A stretch of DNA of 64,000 bases, from the NCBI RefSeq assembly GCF_006345805.1, contig NC_043015.1, forward strand, positions 29,326,001 through 29,390,000, in the 5' to 3' direction. The notes beneath the pieces are model-generated. The model worked only from the letters and a program-made list of their open reading frames with translations, was not told the origin of the DNA and did no database searches. Positions 40,266-52,375 of this stretch are shown piece by piece (the first letter of the stretch is position 1; each line of letters starts with the position of its first letter). This DNA comes from Octopus sinensis (lineage: Eukaryota). Position numbers and translations under genes: made by a program.

Positions 40266-42087
40266 ACCTTGTGTGTGTGTACTTATTACCATCTAAACGC
40301 ACAGTTTACAAATATAAGCTGCTTCGAACAAGTATCATCAATTAGCTTATTTTCCCAACGTTTCGAACGTTGTAACCACCAATTTTCTTCGGGTATCTGT
40401 CTCGTTCGATAAGAGTTTAAAATCGAACCTTTTATTTCACTCCGAGAACTTACCACAGATATTCTTGGCAGAAACGTTAGCGCGGCGGGCGAAATGCTTA
40501 GCGGTAGTTCGTCTGCCGTTACGTTCTGAGTTCAAATTCCGCCGAGGTCGACTTTGCCTTTCATCCTCTCGGGGTCGATAAATAAAGTACCAGTTTCACA
40601 CTGGGGTCGATATAATCGATTTAATCACTTTGTCTGTCCTTGTTTGTCCTCTCTGTGTTTAGCTCCTTGTGGGTAGTAAAGAAATAGGTATTTCGTCTGC
40701 CGTTACGTTCTGAGTTCAAATTCCGCCGAGGTCGACTTTGCCTTTCATCTTCTCTGGGTCGATAAATAAAGTACCAGTTTCACACTGGGTCGATGTAATC
40801 GACTTAATCCCTTTGTATGTCCTTGTTTGTCCTCTCTGTGTTTAGCCCCTTGTGGGTAGTAAAGAAATATATATCAGACATGCTCGACCCACGAATACTA
40901 TTTCTTCGTTCCGCTTGAACCAAGGCACGCTCACACACCCACATACTTACGTGTGGGTTTCTTAGAAAGTTTCACAAGTCAAGGAGGGAAAGTACGCTCG
41001 AATCTGACAAGTTGTGGTGCACCTGAGCACTGTATACAATAATTTTATTATTATTATTATATCAAATAATAAAGTGGGTGTATTATTTTATATAGTTTTA
41101 TTAACTTAGGATGATTAGAGATAATATTCTTACAAAGGAAGAATAAATACTCATCAGACATGACTGAACCGAAACATAATAGCTCGGGATCTTTGGTAAA
41201 TTGACGCTTTGGAAAGAAAACCTCCGAACAAGTCACAGAGTTGCTGCAAAAAAGAAGAAAAAAAAACGAAACGAAACGAAAAACTGTGCCAACGTCATGA
41301 AATGGATTTAGTTTCTCCAGAGTTATATCCCTTAGATTGGCCTAAAACGTCAAATTTTGCCCTCCACTTAAAATATATTTCTTTACTACCCTCAAAGGGC
41401 TAAACATAGAAGGGACAAACGGTCTTACATGTATTTGTGTGTATGTGAGTTAGGAAAGTTGAGGGGGAAAATACGGAGACAGAAAAGCTGGGAGGGGGGG
41501 GCTAAGTCAATCGGGCGATCTTTCGTTTTAACTCTCAGAACTGTCGTCATCCAAAGTTCGTTAATTTCCGTAAATTTTTTATTTATTTACTTTTGTTTTA
41601 AAGTGAAAGAGAGGAAAAAGAGAAAGTGAAGGATGCATGTACGTGTATATGAACTGGACGTGTGTGTGTGAAACAGAGAAATAGAGAGAGAGAGAGAGAG
41701 AGAGTGTGTGAGTGACGAAGTGTGTTGTCATGTATACGTACATACATGAATACATGAGCATACGCCTTTTTTTTATGTATGTACGTGTGTGTGTGTGTGA
41801 GAGAGAGAGGGTGAACGTGTGTGTTCTCATGTATAAGTGGCACGCACACACACACATACGTCCATTCCATATACACTCTTTTACTTGTTTCAGTCATTTG
41901 ACTGCGGCCATGCTGGAGCACCGCCTTTAGTCGAGCAAATCGACCCCGGGACTTATTCTTTGTAAGCCCAGTACTTATTCTATCAGTCTCTTTGGCCGAA
42001 CCGCTAAATGACGGGGGACGTAAACACACCAGCATCGGTTGTCAAGCAATGCTAGGGGGACAAACACAGACACACAAACATATATAC

Positions 42088-42140
<53 letters not shown>

Positions 42141-43120
42141 TACGACAGGCTTCTTTCAGTTTCCGTCTATCAAATCCACTCACAAGGCATTGGTCGGCCG
42201 GGGCTATAGCCCAAGGTGCCACACAGTGGGACTGAACCCGGAACCATGTGGTTGGTTAGCAAACTACTTGTTTAGCAACCACATGGTTCCGGGTTCAGTC
42301 CCACTGCGTGGCACCATGGGCAAGTGTCTTCTACTATAGCCTCGGGCCAACCAAAGCCTTGTGAGTGGATTTGGTAGACGGAAACTGAAAGAAGCCCGTC
42401 GTATATATGTATATATATGTGTGTGTGTGTGTGTATGTTTGTGTGTCTGTGTTTGTCCCCCTAGCATTGCTTGACAATCGATGCTGGTGTGTTTATGTCC
42501 CCGTCACTTAGCGGTTCGGCAAAAGAGAACCGATAGAATAAGTACTGGGCTTACAAAAGAATAAGTCCCGGGGTCGAGTTGCCCGATTAAAGGCGGTGCT
42601 CCAGCATGGCCACAGACAAATGACTGAAACAAGTAAAAGAGTATGAGATTTATAAATCTATTTGTTAGGGTATCATAATTATGTTATAAACATAAAATTC
42701 TGTCAGGGTTTTTTTTCTTTATCAAATTTGTCTAATTTCATTGAAATAGTTCATTCTGGAACACCCTAATATACATTTGGTCATTCAACCTTATCAAACA
42801 AATTTTCCTTAAATCAAACTAGAGTATCTTCAAGGACATATCTTTTTTGTTCCTTCTACAGCCATCTTACTATGCTAGCATGTGTTGGATGATATACTCT
42901 TTACTCTTTACTCTTTTTAGTCATTTGACTGCGGCCATGCTGGAGCACCGCCTTTAGTCGATCAAATCGACCCCGGGACTTATTCTTTGTAAGCCCAGTA
43001 CTTATTCTATCGGTCTCTTTTGCCGAACCGCTAAGTGACGGGAACATAAACACACCAGCATCGGTTGTCAAGCAATACTAGGGGTACAAACACAGACACA
43101 CATACACACACACATATACA

Positions 43121-43178
<58 letters not shown>

Positions 43179-43460
43179 TACGACAGGCTTCTTTCAGTTT
43201 CCGTCTACCAAATCCACTCACAAGGCATTGGTCGGCCCGGGGCTATAGCAGAAGACACTTGCCCAAGATGTCACGCAGCGGGACTGAACCCGGAACCATG
43301 TGGTTGGTAAGCAAGCTACTTACCACACAGCCACTCCTGCGCCTATATATATATATGTGTATGTATAAATAAGTATAATATCGTTAATTTAAAATAGAAT
43401 AACGATCTTATCAAGTGGCCAGCATGGAAAAAATAGCCTTTAAAGGACATAATTATTTAA

Positions 43461-44712
43461 ATTATAAATTAGGGTATCTACCAGATACCACCATGCTGAA
43501 AATAGCAGCCAAGATCTGATTCTAAAATCACCTTAAAGTCAGATCTTATTAAAATTATAAATTAGGGTATCTACCAGATACCACCATGCTGAAAATAGCA
43601 GCCAAGATCTGATTCTAAAATCACCTTAAAGTCAGATCTTATTAAAATTATAAATTAGGGTTATTACGAGATACCACCATGCTGAAAATAGCAGCCAAGA
43701 TCTGATTCTAAAACCACCTTAAAGTCAGATCTTATTAAAATTATAAATTAGGGTATTTACGAGATACCACCATGCTGAAAATAGCAGCCAAGATCTGATT
43801 CTAAAATCACCTTAAAGTCAGATCTTATTAAAATTATAAATTAGGTATTTACGAGATACCACCATGCTGAAAATAGCAGCCAAGATCTGATTCTAAAATC
43901 ACCTTAAAGTCAGATCTTATTAAAATTATAAATTAGGGTATCTACCAGATACCACCATGCTGAAAATAGCAGCCAAGATCTGATTCTAAAATCACCTTAA
44001 AGTCAGATCTTATTAAAATTATAAATTAGGGTATCTACCAGATACCACCATGCTGAAAATAGCAGCCAGATCTGATTCTAAAATCACCTTAAAGTCAGAT
44101 CTTATTAAAATTATAAATTAGGGTTATTACGAGATACCACCATGCTGAAAATAGCAGCCAAGATCTGATTCTAAAACCACCTTAAAGTCAGATCTTATTA
44201 AAATTATAAATTAGGGTATTTACGAGATACCACCATGCTGAAAATAGCAGCCAAGATCTGATTCTAAAATCACCTTAAAGTCAGATCTTATTAAAATTAT
44301 AAATTAGGGTTATTACGAGATACCACCATGCTGAAAATAGCAGCCAAGATCTGATCCTAAAATCACCTTAAAGTCAGATCTTATTAAAATTATAAATTAG
44401 GGTTATTACGAGATACCACCATGCTGAAAATAGCAGCCAAGATCTGATTCTAAAATCACCTTAAAGTCAGATATTAAAATTATAAATTAGGGTATTAACG
44501 AGATACCACCATGCTGAAAATAGCAGCCAAGATCTGATTCTAAAATCACCTTAAAGTCAGATCTTATTAAAATTATAAATTAGGGTATTAACGAGATACC
44601 ACCATGCTGAAAATAGCAGCCAAGATCTGACTCTAAAACCACCTTAAAGTCAGATCTTGGCTGCTATTTTCAGCATGGTGGTATCTCGTAGATACCCTAA
44701 TTTATAATTTTA
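43461..44712. repeat. 93-bp tandem array (~13 copies) ending in an inverted partial unit
   Basis: Unit starts at 43461, 43554, 43647...; 44651-44712 is the reverse complement of the unit's first ~62 bp. Confidence 0.97.
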
Positions 44713-45254
44713 TGTGTATGTATAGATAGATATAAGTATACATATACATGTATATACATAAGGTAAATGAAAGACAGAAGATGGAAGATACAAGAATTTT
44801 TATTGATCACTACAATCGTTTCAACACATCTAGCATCGATCGCTCCTGGGAGGAATACTTAACAACCGGGTCGGGAGCATCCAACGGTACAGATGTGTCT
44901 CTTTGGGTGATAATTAGATATAACTCGTTAAAATAAAAATTCTGCAATGTAGCTTCTCATTTTGTGTAAAGAAAAGCAACAAATTAAAAGATATAGCTTC
45001 ATTTTATATGGAAGATCAATCATAGAATAACAAATGCAAAAAAGAAACAAACACCCAATACAACAAGAAAAATATTAAAAGTAATCATTAATTGATATGG
45101 ATGAATAAACACCCTGGCATAAGCTGTGACGCATGTACACTCACTCATATATGCATCCACGAATATGTAAGCATATGCACACATGTGGTTTGGCATGCAT
45201 ACGTTCACATAGGGAGTTAAATAGCTATTTGGTGTTCATAAGAATAAGGAGGTT

Positions 45255-46625
45255 AAAGCTAAGCTTAATGCATCCATATCTTAAAGTAAATTATGTTAAG
45301 GAGTGGCTGTGTGGTAAGTAGCTTGCTAACCAACCACATGGTTCCGGGTTCAAAAGCTAAGCTTAATGCATCCATATCTTAAAGTAAATTATGTTAAGGA
45401 GTGGCTGTGTGGTAAGTAGCTTGCTTACCAACCACATGGTTCCGGGTTCAAAAGCTAAGCTTAATGCATCTATATCTTAAAGTAAATTATGTTAAGGAGT
45501 GGCTGTGTGGTAAGTAGCTTGCTTACCAACCACATGGTTCCGGGTTCAAAAGCTAAGTTTAATGCATCCATATCTTAAAGTAATTATGTTAAGGAGTGGC
45601 TGTGTGGTAAGTAGCTTGCTTACCAACCACATGGTTCCGGGTTCAAAAGCTAAGCTTAATGCATCTATATCTTAAAGTAAATTATGTTAAGGAGTGGCTG
45701 TGTGGTAAGTAGCTTGCTTACCAACCACATGGTTCCGGGTTCAAAAGCTAAGTTTAATGCATCCATATCTTAAAGTAAATTATGTTAAGGAGTGGCTGTG
45801 TGGTAAGTAGCTTGCTTACCAACCACATGGTTCCGGGTTCAAAAGCTAAGCTTAATGCATCTATATCTTAAAGTAAATTATGTTAAGGAGTGGCTGTGTG
45901 GTAAGTAGCTTGCTTACCAACCACATGGTTCCGGGTTCAAAAGCTAAGTTTAATGCATCCATATCTTAAAGTAAATTATGTTAAGGAGTGGCTGTGTGGT
46001 AAGTAGCTTGCTTACCAACCACATGGTTCCGGGTTCAAAAGCTAAGCTTAATGCATCTATATCTTAAAGTAAATTATGTTAAGGAGTGGCTGTGTGGTAA
46101 GTAGCTTGCTTACCAACCACATGGTTCCGGGTTCAAAAGCTAAGCTTAATGCATCTATATCTTAAAGTAAATTATGTTAAGGAGTGGCTGTGTGGTAAGT
46201 AGCTTGCTTACCAACCACATGGTTCCGGGTTCAAAAGCTAAGCTTAATGCATCTATATCTTAAAGTAAATTATGTTAAGGAGTGGCTGTGTGGTAAGTAG
46301 CTTGCTAACCAACCACATGGTTCCGGGTTCAAAAGCTAAGCTTAATGCATCTATATCTTAAAGTAAATTATGTTAAGGAGTGGCTGTGTGGTAAGTAGCT
46401 TGCTAACCAACCACATGGTTCCGGGTTCAAAAGCTAAGCTTAATGCATCCATATCTTAAAGTAAATTATGTTAAGGAGTGGCTGTGTGGTAAGTAGCTTG
46501 ATAACCAACCACATGGTTCCGGGTTCAAAAGCTAAGCTTAATGCATCTATATCTTAAAGTAAATAATGTTAAGGAGTGGCTGTGTGGTAAGTAGCTTGCT
46601 AACCAACCACATGGTTCCGGGTTCA
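45255..46625 (+). repeat. 98-bp tandem array (14 copies) made of unique flank plus the SINE-A 5' head
   Basis: Unit starts at 45255, 45353, 45451...; the last unit continues into the SINE body at 46626. Confidence 0.97.
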
Positions 46626-46954
46626 GTCCTACTGCGTGGCACCTTGGGCAAGTGTCTTCTGCTATAGCCTCAGCAGAAGTTCGCCATTACCTTCTGTCAG
46701 AGCCGCGTGGAGCTTAGGTGTTTCGCTCATAAACACACACATCGCCCAGTCTGCGATTCGAACCCACGATCCCTCGACTGCGAGTCCGCTGCTCTAACCA
46801 CTAGGCCACGTGCCTCCACTGGTGCAGGTGAGTAGAATATGGTAACCGGTATTAAGGAAAATAAGCCCTAAAATTCACTCTGTAATTGCCCACAGGCATA
46901 TAACATAGTGGTTAAGATTGCAGGTTCAATTTCAGTCAATGACTTGAATAAGTA

Positions 46955-46988
<34 letters not shown>

Positions 46989-47262
46989 TAATAATAATAA
47001 TAATAATATCAGCAAAAAATACCTTAGGAATGAAAACAGAGTAGCCAAATAAGGGTTGGGTTTGAAATTCTACCAGAACACCTGATGAAGGCTGGAGAGT
47101 ACACCAGGTGAAATATTGTGGTAACAAGAAACAAGGTGAAGACACCTATCTGTCCAATGTAAATATTAACCTAGATAGTTTATTTATTTAGATATTTAGT
47201 GCTGTGTTTTATTTATTTACTTATAACTTCAGTTCATTTCTTAGCTTTGTAAAAAAAAAAAA

Positions 47263-47463
47263 TCAATGTGAATTGTTATCAATAAACCTGATCTCCTTCA
47301 GAGAGTCTACTCTAAAACCAACACGTCCATCAATGAAATAATGGATTTGTGGTTTAATTATAACAATATAATTACCAACTTTTAATTGGTTCCATCTAAA
47401 ATATGGTTGCGAAATGAATTCAGTGAGATAAAACATCACATGTCTAATTTCTCCAATGACATC
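47263..47463 (-). CDS. Multi-MYND gene terminal exon (DVIGEIRHVMFYLTEFISQPYFRWNQLKVGNYIVIIKPQIHYFIDGRVGFRVDSLKEIRFIDNNSH*)
   Basis: Strong pyrimidine tract ttttcttcctttccgcag, phase 0, 66 codons plus TGA; globular, beta-rich composition. Confidence 0.85.
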   Translation of the reverse strand, partial: DVIGEIRHVMFYLTEFISQPYFRWNQLKVGNYIVIIKPQIHYFIDGRVGFRVDSLKEIRFIDNNSH

Positions 47464-47645
47464 CTGCGGAAAGGAAGAAAAAAAAAAAAAAGGTTTTATA
47501 TAAATATAAAAAATGTTTATACAAATACTAAATAAAAATGTCTAGATATGAGGTTGAGCTGCCAAATTCATAGACTGACTATAAAGGAGTGATGTTAGAG
47601 CTGTGAAGTCTTGCATGCATTAATTTCAACACTTTTTATTATTAA

Positions 47646-47942
47646 CTAGCAGTATCGGCCAGCGTTTGTAAGGGAAATAACTATATAAGCATTTTTAGAG
47701 AGTTACTTCCCTTATATAAGCCGAGCAAAAATCATTAAAAATGGAGAAAAATTATGATAAATTTTTTTTTTATTGTAGACTCAGCGTAGGCGCGCGCTAA
47801 TACCCAGAATAGCTCGATATGAATCACGACTATAAGATACCCGCTTTTGGTTAAACTGCACCGCAAAATGTGGGAGTAGTTAGGAATCTAAATCGGAGGA
47901 GACAGAGTCTCACACACACAACTTCAATTTTATATATAAAGA
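47646..47942 (-). mobile_element. Non-autonomous Helitron, same family
   Basis: Same termini; lies in the last intron of the multi-MYND gene. Confidence 0.85.
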
Positions 47943-48019
47943 TAATTGCATTGTTTATTTCCAGCTCAACTGACACCTGACTGTTCAAAGAACACTTCAG
48001 AAGTAACTAACAGTGACTT

Positions 48020-48140
48020 GTCTTGAAAATGGATAAAATTCAGCATTGTGGTGCTATCAAGTACCTGCAGGAAAACGGTTTAGCCTCCAAGGACATAATT
48101 GCTACATTAGAGGATGACACGCCAGCTTCATCAACAGAGA
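48020..48140 (+). mobile_element. Mariner transposase N-terminal remnant
   Basis: MDKIQHCGAIKYLQENGLASKDI...TLEDDTPASST resembles a mariner HTH start. Confidence 0.65.
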
Positions 48141-48485
48141 TAAAGGCATAGGAGTGGCTGTGTGGTAAGTAGCTTTCTTACCAACCACATATAAGGTTTT
48201 TGCTCGGTGGGTGACAAGTGGAAACCAACATTACCTATGCTCACTTTGGGAGTTTCGGCGTTAGAAAGCAGTTGAAATGTGTGTGCGCATGCACACGTGC
48301 ACACTTGCATGCATACGGGGCTGTCATAGCAGCATTACAGATGCCCAGGCAAATAAATGCTCTGAGCCCTTTAGTATTTATTTATTGAAAGTAAACCATA
48401 GCATATGAAGATTAGAATTGGGACCCTGAACCTGTGAGACCTACGGGCAACGCTGCCTAGTATGTGCATGCCTTATAATGGCTAT

Positions 48486-48525
<40 letters not shown>

Positions 48526-48585
48526 TGTGTGAGTGTGTGTGCGTGTGTTTATGTGTGTGTGTGTGTGTGTAAAAGGTATACTCAC

Positions 48586-48782
48586 TCTGATTTCATGATG
48601 TAGCCTAAACGAGTGCTCGCCCTTCTTGAAGATGTAAGCAATGAATCTCTCTTCTTTAGGTGAGTGTGTTAAAGGCAATTTATCTACAGCAGTCACTTCA
48701 TCAAATCTGGTGAGAATTCTTTGAAAAGGAAACATTCTGGCAATCTCTTGATTAACGCTTTCTGGTATAGGAAAAGTCGAAC
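48586..48782 (-). CDS. Multi-MYND gene penultimate exon (GSTFPIPESVNQEIARMFPFQRILTRFDEVTAVDKLPLTHSPKEERFIAYIFKKGEHSFRLHHEIR)
   Basis: 197 nt, acceptor gtttttag, donor AGA|gtgagt, phase 1 to 0; open frame continues from M8. Confidence 0.85.
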
Positions 48783-49486
48783 CTAAAAACAGAACAAATT
48801 AAAAGTATAACACTCAAGACATTCAATTATAAACATTCATTCAAAGGTGTAAGCATGAGTGTAGTTAAGAAGTTTATTCTCTTGTTTGCACGTTGTTGAA
48901 CAGCTTCCAGACGATTAATATCCTGGGCAAGATAGGGGTTTCAGACCGGTGATGCAAAGATGTTGTTCATTTAAAGTCTTGCCCAAGGTGTCACACTGAG
49001 ATTGAACCCGAAACCGTGTGGTTGCAAAATAAACTCAACCCTACTACAGAATATATAGGCGCAGGAGTGGCTGTGTGGTAAGTAGCTTGTTTACCAACCA
49101 CATGGTTCCAGGTTCAGTCCCACTGCGTGGCACCTTGGGTAAGTGTCTTCTACTATAGCCTCGGGCCGACCAAAGCCTTGTGAGTGGATTTGGTAGACGG
49201 AAACTGAAAGAAGCCCGTCATGTATATGTATATATATGTGTGTGCGTGTATGTTTGTGTGTCTGTGTTTGTCCCCCTAGCATTGCTTGACAACCGATGCT
49301 GGTGCGTTTATGTGCTCGTCACTTAGCGGTTCGGCAAAAGAAACCGATAGAATAAGTACTGGGCTTACAAAAAGAATAAGTCCCAGGGTCGATTTGCTCG
49401 ACTAAAGGCGGTGCTCCAGCATGGCGACAGTCAAATGACTGAAACAAGTAAAAGAGTAAAAGAGTATATAAACTTTTTCCACAAAC

Positions 49487-49648
49487 CCTTTCTTGATCCA
49501 GTTGGGGAAGGCATTTCTGCAGAATTGCAATTCTCCTTATGAAAGGGCCAATCAGTTTTTTGACAATATTTACTGCAATATTTTACTTCATGACATCCAG
49601 TACAGTATTTCAAGGGATCATTCCAACATTTGCATCGTTGACAGCGTT
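49487..49648 (-). CDS. MYND exon M8, divergent (ERCQRCKCWNDPLKYCTGCHEVKYCSKYCQKTDWPFHKENCNSAEMPSPTGSRK)
   Basis: 162 nt, acceptor ttaaatag, donor AAGG|gtttgt, phase 1-1. MYND Cys/His pattern intact. Confidence 0.85.
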
Positions 49649-50331
49649 CTATTTAACAGAATCAGATTTGTACATATGAGTGAAGAGGATTTTCATATCA
49701 AGGAGTTGATAATAGGGAAAGACACTCAATTCATATCATAACATGCTTTAAAAAATTTCTTCGCTCCTGTTCTTCACACCTGCTCCAGAGCGTCGGCTGT
49801 GGGGTCATTCCGAAAAGCTCTATCTGCGATGATTTCATCTCAATCGAAGGAGAGGGGCTTTCTCCGTCCGGGTTGCGGATCTGTGGAATAAGCTGCCGGA
49901 TGAGATGGTGAAGATGCCGACGACCGCTCAGTTCAAAGTCTCCCTTGACCACAAGTGGCTTGAACTCTTTACATGAACACCACCTCGTACAAAACTCCAC
50001 GTCCCCCTACATGGCCTTGCTTTTTGCTTTTTGAGTCAAAAAATTAACTAACTAACTAACTAACATTTCAATTATTATGACAGAAAAAACAATCTAACAT
50101 GATAACAAAAACGAAAAATATACGTTATTTTCATGTACATTGAAATCTCATGGTAGATGAAATATTTTAACTATTAATACATTATTTATGAAAAAAACTG
50201 GTATTTAATTATAAAAGGTAGAGAAAGTAACACAAGATTATAATAATGGTTTCAAATTTCAGTACAAGGCCAGCTGGTTTGTAGAAGGGGCTAAGTCAAT
50301 TAAACTGACCCCAGTATACAAAAGATACTTA

Positions 50332-51598
50332 CAGGGATTAGACAAAATAATGGAAACACCTTGCATTATAGCATCATAATTTTGAAATATCTATAAAACC
50401 GTCAAAAGCTTGTTTATTTTTATGTTTTTTGATTTATTATTAGTGTTATTTAATACATTTTGTTAAAATTGCTGCTTCTTTTCGGATATCATCAGAAAAA
50501 GGTAATTAAAATTCATTAAAATGACTGATCTATCGGACTTTCAAAGAGGTCAAATTGTTGGTGCTCATATGGCAGGTGCTAGCATAACGAAAACAGCCAA
50601 AGTGTTTGGTGTATCAAGAAGTGCTGTCTCGAAAGTAATGACAGCCTTTGAGAAAGAGGGGAAAACCTCCTCATTGAAACAAAACTCGAGAAGAAAACCA
50701 AAACTTTCAGAGAGGGACTGTCGGACTCTTATGCGAATTGTTAGAAAGGATCACAAAAGTACAGCTCCCAAAATTACTGCAGAGCTTAATGACCACCTCA
50801 AGAACCCAGTTTCCACAAAAACTGTTCGCCGGGAGCTGCACAAAACTGGATTTCATGGGAGGGCTGCAATCAGAAAACCACTACTTTCAAAAACAAACAT
50901 TGCATAGTGTTTAGAGTGGAGTAAAAACCTACAGAATTGATCCCTAGAGCAGTGGAAGAATGTTATTTTCTCAGACAAGTCATCCCTTACCTTATTTCTG
51001 ACCACCAGCTGAGTATGCGTGTGGAGACAGCCAAAAGTAGCATTTGACCTAGACCGTCTTCTTCCAACTGTTAAACATGGAGAAGGATCTGTGATAATCT
51101 AGGGGACAATATCTTGGAAATCTGCCAGCCCTTCATGGCACAATTAATAGTCAAAACTATTTAAGCACTTTATTTGATCAAATTCATCATGAGGTTGCGG
51201 AACTGTTTCCAGAGGGAAACGCAATCTTTCAGGATGATAATGCACCAATTCACAAAGCTAAATTTGTTACTGAATGGCACAAGGAACATTCTAGTAAAGT
51301 TGAATATCTTATCTGGCCACCACAGTCCCCAGATCTCAATATTATTGAACATTTATGGTGCATTTTAGAAAGACAAGTAAGGAGTCGATGTCCTCTACCA
51401 TCAGCAATCTCTACAAGAACAGGAGACAGTTTTAGCTGAAGAATGGACAAAAATTCCCTTGGAAACAATTCAAACTTTGTACGAGTTCATACCTCGTAGA
51501 ATTCAAGCTGTAATTACTGCCAAAGGTGGTCCTGCCCCATATTAAAATAAATTTGTTTGAAAATTTTAAGGTGTTTCCATTATTTTGCCCAACCCCTG
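50332..51598 (+). mobile_element. Near-full-length Tc1-family DNA transposon with decayed transposase
   Basis: TIRs cagggattagacaaaataatggaaacacc / ggtgtttccattattttgcccaacccctg with TA duplicated on both sides. HTH ORF 50521-50907, then IFSDKS, FQDDNAPIH and WPPQSPDLNIIEHLW broken by stops/frameshifts. Inserted into a Nin-type SINE in the M7-M8 intron. Confidence 0.95.
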
Positions 51599-51855
51599 TA
51601 TTTTATCGACCCCAAAAGGATGAAAGGCAAAGTCAATCCCATTGGAATTTGAACTCAGAATGTAAAGATGAATAAAATGCCACTAAGCATTTTGTCCAAC
51701 ATGTTAACAATTTGGTCAGCTCACCACCTTGTACAGGATTACAATAATAATATGGTAGTGAATGGGCATATGTGATGTAGTGGCAGGGTCTATTTATGCA
51801 GTGAAGGTGTAAAATGGTGTAATTGAGGAATATATCTCTTGCTTGTATCACTTAC

Positions 51856-52028
51856 CATTAATTAAGGTTTTACTGGAACTTGCTCCATCTGCAGTCTTTG
51901 AAGTCTTGCATGAAGTCTTGTGATGTTCCCAGTCATCTTCTCGACAAACTTCAGAACAATATTCTACATTGTTGCATTGAAAACATTTTTTCAATGCTAC
52001 ATCTGACTTTTTACACTGGCACATTTAC
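51856..52028 (-). CDS. MYND exon M7 with a 1-nt deletion (GKCA/CKKSDVALKKCFQCNNVEYCSEVCREDDWEHHKTSCKTSKTADGASSSKTLIN)
   Basis: 173 nt versus 174 in sister exons. GCC AG TGT replaces GCC AGG TGT. Splice sites are intact (ccaaacag; AATG|gtaagt). Either an assembly error or a frameshifting pseudo-exon. Confidence 0.65.
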
Positions 52029-52075
52029 CTGTTTGGGGAGAGAGAAAATGGAACTTAACAAATACTTCGACCATA

Positions 52076-52375
52076 TCTTTATATATAAAAATGAAGTTGT
52101 GTGTCTATCTCCTATGATTTAGATTCCTAACTACTCCCACATTTTGCGGTACAGTTTAACTAAAAGCGGGTATCTTATAGTCGTGATTCATATCGAGCCC
52201 TTCTGGGTATTAGCGCGCGTCTAGGATGAGTCTACGATTTAAAAAAAAAATTACCATAATTTTTCCGCATTTTTAATGCATTTTCGCTCGGTTTATATAA
52301 GGGAAGTAACTCTCTATATATGCGTATATAGTTATTTCCCTTACAAACCCGAGCAACGCCAGGCGATACTGCTAG
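52076..52375 (+). mobile_element. Non-autonomous Helitron
   Basis: A|TC 5' end, 3' hairpin cccgagcaacgccagg, CTAG|T 3' end, no TSD. Confidence 0.88.

Noticed and set aside
43461-46625. Two regular arrays as a CRISPR locus
   Set aside because: The units are full tandem copies with no unique spacers, there are no cas genes, and the context is eukaryotic.
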